A stretch of 64,000 nucleotides of DNA. It comes from an uncultured delta proteobacterium. GTDB taxonomy: Bacteria; Desulfobacterota; Desulfobacteria; Desulfobacterales; JAFDCJ01. Shown here piece by piece: positions 58,318 to 64,000 of this stretch (positions within the stretch are counted from its first letter, which is position 1; each line of letters begins with the position of its first letter). The position numbers were made by a program, and so were the translations under genes. The stretch is from positions 112,992 through 176,991 of the forward strand of contig CAWGCM010000011.1 in the NCBI GenBank assembly GCA_963821065.1, given 5' to 3'. Below the pieces are notes generated by a model. The model was not told where the DNA came from and did not search any database. It worked only from the letters and a program-made list of their open reading frames with translations.

Positions 58318-58884
58318 ATGAAAGTAACAAAACGGGTTGCACTTTATTTTTTCGGCCTATTTCTTATTTTTCTGGCAGGTGATTTCCCCCTGTGGGGGGG
58401 AGAGGACCACCTGGCAAAGTTTGGAGTAAATAGGTTAGACAAAAAGATTGATGCCCCGGAATTCACCCTTCCGGATTTAAAGGGCACAAAAAGAAGCCTG
58501 AGTGAATTTCGGGGAAAATTCATCATGTTGAATTTCTGGGCCACCTGGTGACCATACTGCCTCAAGGAGAGGTCCTCTCTGGAAAAGATCCATCAAGATT
58601 ACAGAAGCAAAAGTCTATTCATTTTGGCCGTCTCTATTGACCAAGGAAGCGGTGAAAAAGTTAGAAAGTTGCTTAAAGATTATGTCAAAAGCCATAACCT
58701 GACTTTCCTGAATTTACTAGATACTAAATCTGAATTTGCCGCCCAGTATGGTGTGAGTGGAATCCCGGTAAATTTTTTCATAAACACTCAGGGCAAAGTC
58801 GTCGCCTTTGCCAGCGGCTATCGGGATTGGAAAAGCGAAGAAGGCCGGAAGGTGATCGAACAGCTACTTTCTGAGACAAATTGA
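58318..58884 (+). CDS. TlpA/ResA-like thioredoxin-fold thiol:disulfide oxidoreductase with UxxC redox motif (selenoprotein)
   Basis: Signal/TM N-terminus. ..FIMLNFWATW-TGA-PYCLKERSSLEKIHQDY..LFILAVSID.. reads in one frame; 58549-58551 is TGA and the 58624 ORF is in frame. The canonical family motif is WCxxC. Confidence 0.75.
58566..58580 (+). promoter_or_regulatory. SECIS-like hairpin after the TlpA-like UGA
   Basis: GGAGA-GGUCC-UCUCU. The loop GGU lies 20-22 nt after the UGA. Confidence 0.45.
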
Positions 58885-59453
58885 TAATAATTTAACACCG
58901 TTTCTAGTTTTGGAATTTGTGCTGCGGCTTTCTGAAAGAGACCCCCACGGCCTGATCCCGACTCTTTCGTGACTAATATTTTTTCTAAATAAGTAGCTAA
59001 ATCATAATCTGAAAGCAGAAAATCGTCTTCAACCGCCGTGGTTTTCATTTAGAATCGACTAATCGGCCCTCCAGAATTTAACCAAACCTCAAAATCCAAC
59101 CATAAACGTCCGCGGAGATCCAAATCGAAAGGTTTTTCATGTTTCTTGCGAGAATGTGGCGCACAAATTTCAGATTGGATGAACAAATTCATAATAATAT
59201 CGAACAATTCACACGATATGATTCAGGCACGCTATACACACTTTCTGTGAGGCGAAAATTTTGTATATTTGTCATTGTGTAATCCACAATCTGAAAAGTC
59301 TTGTGATATCCCTTTCATATATGTAAAATCGCCAAATCTTTGATATTCTCAATCTGTAATCCGAATTTACTGATATAGAGTTGATTCCATATACGATAGA
59401 GGTTGAAATCGGCTATAGAATATCAATATCCACCCATCCAAACAGGAGGCAAC

Positions 59454-60722
59454 ATGTCGACTCAGGCCAACAAGATCCAGACGCACAGATTTAAATACGC
59501 CACTCCCGAGAATCCCGCAGATTTCAATCCCGCGGACTTTGTTGAGAAAGCGATTTCCTGGGTGAAAAGCCTGGTGAAACCGGGCGAGAAAATTGCTCTT
59601 TCCGCGTCCGGGGGCGTCGACAGTACGATCGCCGCATTTCTCCTCGACCGTATCGTCGGCAAAGACCTCCATGCGTTCTTCATCGAAGACGGTTGCCGTC
59701 GCCTCATAAACGACAAGCCCGAGGGGGAAGTCACGCGTGAGATCTTCAGCAAACTGAATTTCACGGTCCTGGAGGTGAGAGACGAGATTCTCCCGCCACT
59801 GGTGGGGCTTTCCGACGGTGAAGAGAAACGCAAGACGTTTATCGGCAACTACAGGAAAGTATCAGACAGGCATATTGGCCAGGTAGGCGCCTCCTGGATC
59901 GCGGACGGCACGATCGCGCCGGACATTATCGAAACCGAAGGCGGCTTCAAGAGCCAGCATAACGTCGGCTGGAATTACTCTGTTGGAAAGATCGAGCCGC
60001 TGGCGTCGCTCGCGAAGCCTCAGGTCAGGAGGGTCGGCGAGTACCTCGACCTCCCTCCGTCATTCACGCATCGGATCCCCTGTCCCGGTCCCGCGCAAAT
60101 CATCAGAACTGTCGGCGAATTCACTGAAGAGAAGCTCCATACGGGCCAGCTCGCGTCCGACATCATCGAGCAGGAGATTGAGAAGTACTACACTGAGAAA
60201 CACGGTAAACCCTACCTTTACGACGAAGCTACCGGCATTCGGACGCCTTTTCAGTACTTCGGAATGGCGCTCGACCCGAACATGGAACCCGATCCGGCCA
60301 TGGCAGACCTGGCACGCAGCACTCTCGGCGCGAACGCGGAGTGCTTCAAAATGGATAGCCAGACGACAGTTGTCCCCGAAGCGGGAACACGCCCCGAGGT
60401 CCCTATCTACAAACCTGTCTCCTGGATAAAGGTCGACGGCGATATCGACTATGACAAACTGAACGCGCTCTGTGTCGAGGCGTGGAGTAAGCTTGAGCTT
60501 CCGCGCATTCTTATAGAGCTTTGCGCGAACGATGCGCCGAAAACATGTTACGTCGTCGGCATGCGGGCGGTCGAGAGCGCGGCCGCGAAGCTGGCGCGTC
60601 CGGTCCGGATAGACGAGGCGGCGCTCCTTGAGATAGGCAAGAAAATTGCCGCGCACACCGGCGCGTCTAAGGTGGCGTACGATATCAGCATCAAGCCACC
60701 GGCAACGATCGAATTCGAGTAG
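59454..60722 (+). CDS. Stand-alone PP-loop ATP pyrophosphatase related to the GMP synthase (GuaA) ATP-PPase domain
   Basis: RBS AGGAGG. PP-loop SASGGVDST. Contains DGEEKRKTFIG and GTIAPDIIETEGG..KSQHNVG, as in GuaA. No glutamine amidotransferase domain. Visibly higher G+C than the flanks. Confidence 0.65.
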   Translation: MSTQANKIQTHRFKYATPENPADFNPADFVEKAISWVKSLVKPGEKIALSASGGVDSTIAAFLLDRIVGKDLHAFFIEDGCRRLINDKPEGEVTREIFSKLNFTVLEVRDEILPPLVGLSDGEEKRKTFIGNYRKVSDRHIGQVGASWIADGTIAPDIIETEGGFKSQHNVGWNYSVGKIEPLASLAKPQVRRVGEYLDLPPSFTHRIPCPGPAQIIRTVGEFTEEKLHTGQLASDIIEQEIEKYYTEKHGKPYLYDEATGIRTPFQYFGMALDPNMEPDPAMADLARSTLGANAECFKMDSQTTVVPEAGTRPEVPIYKPVSWIKVDGDIDYDKLNALCVEAWSKLELPRILIELCANDAPKTCYVVGMRAVESAAAKLARPVRIDEAALLEIGKKIAAHTGASKVAYDISIKPPATIEFE

Positions 60723-61104
60723 CTGTCGTTCAGGGATGTGGCTTCGCTTCAGGCAGCGCCAGAGAAGTAACAACAGGATTTGCCAACAGGCAGATGGAGG
60801 CTATCCAAATTCCGCTACACTCCATTGGGAAGCCTCATCGGCACGATACCTCCAACGTGCGACAGATTTTTGGAGTCTTAAAATTGTTGTGATATCGTCA
60901 AAATATAGGTGACATTCACAAATATCCCCAATGTTTGAGTATTCTCAATTTAGTGCGCCACGAGCGGCGACCTTGTATGATGCATTTTTGCGATAGGTTC
61001 TATTTAAAAAGCTTAGATAGGGATTATTATAGGTCATTGCCGAATCAGAATGACGGATGTACCTGTTTTTGTGCAGCACATATGAACATGGAAGGAGATT
61101 AAAG

Positions 61105-62133
61105 ATGAAATACAAACAACTTGGAAGAACCGGATTGCTCGTCTCGGAATTGTGTTTCGGAACCATGACATTCGGCGGCAGAGGATTTTGGAGTGCGATC
61201 GGTCAACTGCCCCAGGACGCAGCGGACAACCTTGTCGGCCGTGTGCTCGAAGCGGGGGTCAACTTTATCGATACGGCCGATGTGTACTCCGAAGGAGAAT
61301 CCGAGAAGATGCTGGGCAAAGCCCTGGGAAATCGCCGCAAAGATGTGGTGCTGGCAACGAAAGTATTCGGCCGCATGGGGCCCGGACCCAACCAAACCGG
61401 TCTGTCACGCAGTCATATCATGCAGGCGGTTGAAGACAGCCTGACCCGGTTGGGGACCGATTACATCGACCTGTATCAGATTCACGGGTTCGACGCCGTC
61501 ACACCCATGGAAGAGACCCTTCGTGCCCTGGACGACCTGGTGCATGCGGGAAAGGTCCGCTACATCGGCTGTTCCAATCTTGCCGCCTGGCAATTGATGA
61601 AATCACTGTGGCTCTCCGACAAATACAACCTTTACCGCTTTGAGAGCTTGCAAGCCTACTACACCATCGCTGGCCGGGATCTCGAGCGGGATATCGTGCC
61701 GGTCTTGCAGGATAAGAACCTGGGACTGATGGTCTGGAGTCCCCTGGCCGGCGGCCTGCTGTCCGGCAAATTCGACCGCGAAGGAAAGGGGCCGGCAGGT
61801 GCTCGTCGTGTTGATTTCGATTTTCCGCCGGTGAGTAGGGAACGCGCCTTCAACACCGTCGATGTGATGCGGGAAATCGCTCGCGAAAAGAATGTGTCCG
61901 TGGCCCGGATCGCCTTGGCATGGCTGCTGCACCAGCCGGTGGTCACCAGCGTGATCATCGGTGCCAAAACCCCAGAACAGCTGGCTGATAACCTCGCCGC
62001 ATCGGATGTGACGCTGTCCGACGCTGACCTGGATCGCTTGCAAAAGGTCAGCGAACTGCCCGCAGAATATCCCGGCTGGATGATCAAAACCCAATCCACT
62101 AACCGTTTTCCGGAACCGCCGGAAGACGCTTGA
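61105..62133 (+). CDS. Aldo/keto reductase
   Basis: MKYKQLGRTGLLVSELCFGTMTFGG..DTADVYSEGESE..YIDLYQIH. RBS GGAAGGAGA. Confidence 0.9.
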   Translation: MKYKQLGRTGLLVSELCFGTMTFGGRGFWSAIGQLPQDAADNLVGRVLEAGVNFIDTADVYSEGESEKMLGKALGNRRKDVVLATKVFGRMGPGPNQTGLSRSHIMQAVEDSLTRLGTDYIDLYQIHGFDAVTPMEETLRALDDLVHAGKVRYIGCSNLAAWQLMKSLWLSDKYNLYRFESLQAYYTIAGRDLERDIVPVLQDKNLGLMVWSPLAGGLLSGKFDREGKGPAGARRVDFDFPPVSRERAFNTVDVMREIAREKNVSVARIALAWLLHQPVVTSVIIGAKTPEQLADNLAASDVTLSDADLDRLQKVSELPAEYPGWMIKTQSTNRFPEPPEDA

Positions 62134-62266
62134 CCGCATCTGCCGGGCGTTATTCAGATTCTAAGGGACATTCTTGAATATATTTAGATTTTTGTAGTGC
62201 AGTCGCTAACGTTGAGATAAGTTCGATTTATCACTGAAAATCAACTGCCACAGATTTCTTTGATAC

Positions 62267-62416
62267 CTCCAACGTATCACTATCCTAGCGTAATAATTCA
62301 ATATTGTGATATCGTTATCATATCGCAGGTGTAAAATTACGCCACCGAATTTACTTTCAGAGATTGTATATTGGGTATACGAAACCCACACTTCGGCTGA
62401 ATTGTGGATTGCGGCT
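62267..62416. repeat. 150-nt repeat X2, near-identical to 52328-52477
   Basis: See X1. Confidence 0.9.
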
Positions 62417-62573
62417 TTAAATTAAATCTTTTCGCATTGGCAGAAAGCGTTGGATTTGCATTTCTAATCTCTCCTTTATTGATTTATTGTTATCTGCGAT
62501 AAGTTAGAAAAATTTAGAATTTTAGGATTTAAAATATTTTCCTCCGGGAAATAAAATAAAAATTGCGCAATAT

Positions 62574-63320
62574 TTAGTAGAAAATTTGAAAATCAATCTC
62601 CACCCGACGATTCATCCCTCTGCCCTCAGGTGTAGAATTATCAGCGATGAATTTTTTAGCACCATGTCCCATTGCATCAATATTTTTAGCCCTTATTCCT
62701 CTACTTACTAAATAAGATTTTACAATATCCGCTCGATTTTTGGAAATCAACTTATTGTACACACTATCACCGGCTGAATCCGCATAACCATCTAACCTCA
62801 CATGATACCTGGAAATTCCTATGATATATTTTGCAAATTGATTTAGTTTTTCTATCTCACTGTTGGAGAGCTCGGTTGAATTGGTACTAAAAAATATTAT
62901 CAGATTTTGGGGAGAAAAAAGATTTTCAACTTTTAACAATCCTTCAGCTTCACCCACTCGATACGAAATTTCTTTTGATATAGCACGTTCGCCAAAATCA
63001 TCTACTGCAGTTATTACAAAATAATAAGTGGCGTTAGGCTTTAAATCGACAATTTTAATAGGATTGCCTGCATTTGGAATTTTATTACTATTGGTCTTTG
63101 TTAAGCCAGGAACGTTTGAAAAATATATGTTGTAAAAATTGACATTAGGAACTTCATCCCATGACAACGATAATTTGCCATACGAAGAAATGTTCGTAAT
63201 GGGAATATTATTTTTGTCCCAACTACATCCATTTGTAACAAGCATTGACAAAACGCAAAAAAGTAAAAAAATTATAGATAATATTGTGCTCCGGCTTTTT
63301 TTTGTTTTTATAAGCACCAC
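62574..63320 (-). CDS. Lipoprotein with FN3-like domain and C-terminal OmpA-like domain
   Basis: Lipobox LVTNGCS. Contains LSWDEVPNVNFYNIYFS..YYFVITAV (FN3-like) and LDGYADSAGDSVYNKLISKNRA..NRRVEI (OmpA_C). Confidence 0.8.
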   Translation of the reverse strand: MVLIKTKKSRSTILSIIFLLFCVLSMLVTNGCSWDKNNIPITNISSYGKLSLSWDEVPNVNFYNIYFSNVPGLTKTNSNKIPNAGNPIKIVDLKPNATYYFVITAVDDFGERAISKEISYRVGEAEGLLKVENLFSPQNLIIFFSTNSTELSNSEIEKLNQFAKYIIGISRYHVRLDGYADSAGDSVYNKLISKNRADIVKSYLVSRGIRAKNIDAMGHGAKKFIADNSTPEGRGMNRRVEIDFQIFY

Positions 63321-63582
63321 GCACCTCCATGATAGCTAAGGTTTACATATTATTTCGAATTAAATCGATTTGATATAAAAAATCACTACTTTACTACTTT
63401 TGTGGATAGCATTCGTATATCTCAATATTTTCTAAAGTGTCAATACCTGAAAAGGTATGAAAGATATTTGAATTGGCGATGCTAAGGCAGGGGCTGGGTT
63501 GTAATCAGTCTCAATTAGGTGGCTATTGCCGGTTAAACAGACCTGATAGACTCCCTGCCTGCATCACAAGAAGTAAAAAAAC

Positions 63583-63849
63583 TTAATTAACCTTTTCCAT
63601 TGTCTCCAGCACTTTTCCATATTTTTGACTTATTGCATTTAATCTCTGTGAGTAAATTTTAAATGTTTCATTTGCTACATCTTCTCTTGCAAAATACTCT
63701 GATCTTTCTGGAAAAAAGTCAAAAACGTATATACTAATCGCAACCGTCACCGCAATTGGTAATGATACAAAAATAATGTACTCCCAAACATTCATGGTTC
63801 TGTTCGCAGATTTCCTATCTATTGCGGCTTTTAATTCAGTCATATGCAA
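63583..63849 (-). CDS. Hypothetical small membrane protein
   Basis: 88-aa ORF with one TM helix. No family recognised. Confidence 0.3.
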   Translation of the reverse strand: MHMTELKAAIDRKSANRTMNVWEYIIFVSLPIAVTVAISIYVFDFFPERSEYFAREDVANETFKIYSQRLNAISQKYGKVLETMEKVN

Positions 63850-64000
63850 AGATTACGATTGCAGAAATCAACATACAAACTTTCCATGTTCAGCAAATGT
63901 GGCTACCCGACTTTCCGACCTGCAAAAACCATGCAAAATCAAATGGTTAAACGAGGACAAGTAATATCAGTAGGTTAGGTACCTATTAGGAATAGCTGCC

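Noticed and set aside
60060-62139. Long antisense ORFs in the GC-rich genes (60060-60773, 237 aa; 61603-62139, 178 aa; 61659-62099, 146 aa).
   Set aside because: High G+C suppresses stop codons on the opposite strand. The sense strands encode clear PP-loop and aldo/keto reductase proteins with RBSs.

Overview
The window looks like a chromosome segment from a Desulfobacterota (delta-proteobacterial, sulfate-reducer-like) organism. This is inferred from gene content only: DUF4911-miaB, HDOD, sigma54-type promoters, PEP-CTERM, rubredoxin/rubrerythrin and UGA-selenoproteins. Bases 1-31.5 kb are mostly core-like. They hold a REC-domain tail, an MBL hydrolase, recJ, miaB, a BFN nuclease, an M29 aminopeptidase, an HDOD protein plus hybrid kinase, AsmA, two alpha/beta hydrolases, and a 9-kb LIV-type ABC transporter operon interleaved with CoA ligases. 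Bases 31.8-64 kb are accessory and mosaic. They hold two IS110-family elements, remnants of transposase, integrase and NfeD genes, short unrelated single-gene units, several dispersed repeat families, a Cache-HAMP-PP2C phosphatase divergent from a zinc-ribbon/cyclase/STAND/TPR gene, and a redox/oxidative-stress gene set. Four things stand out. (1) Integron-type attC-like sites delimit minus-strand cassettes at about 37-40 kb, with no intI in the window. (2) Three genes carry in-frame UGA at Cys-equivalent positions followed by SECIS-like hairpins, including a rhodanese with two UGAs (U-E-U). (3) Several repeat families are present: word-built hairpins in operon spacers, a 150-nt near-identical pair, a 142-152-nt pair flanking the phosphatase/cyclase module, and a ~90-nt element carrying a sigma54-like -24/-12 motif. 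(4) I infer 19 single-nucleotide frame lesions in 10 genes, which may be decay or assembly indels; this is unresolved. No rRNA, tRNA or CRISPR array was recognised by eye.
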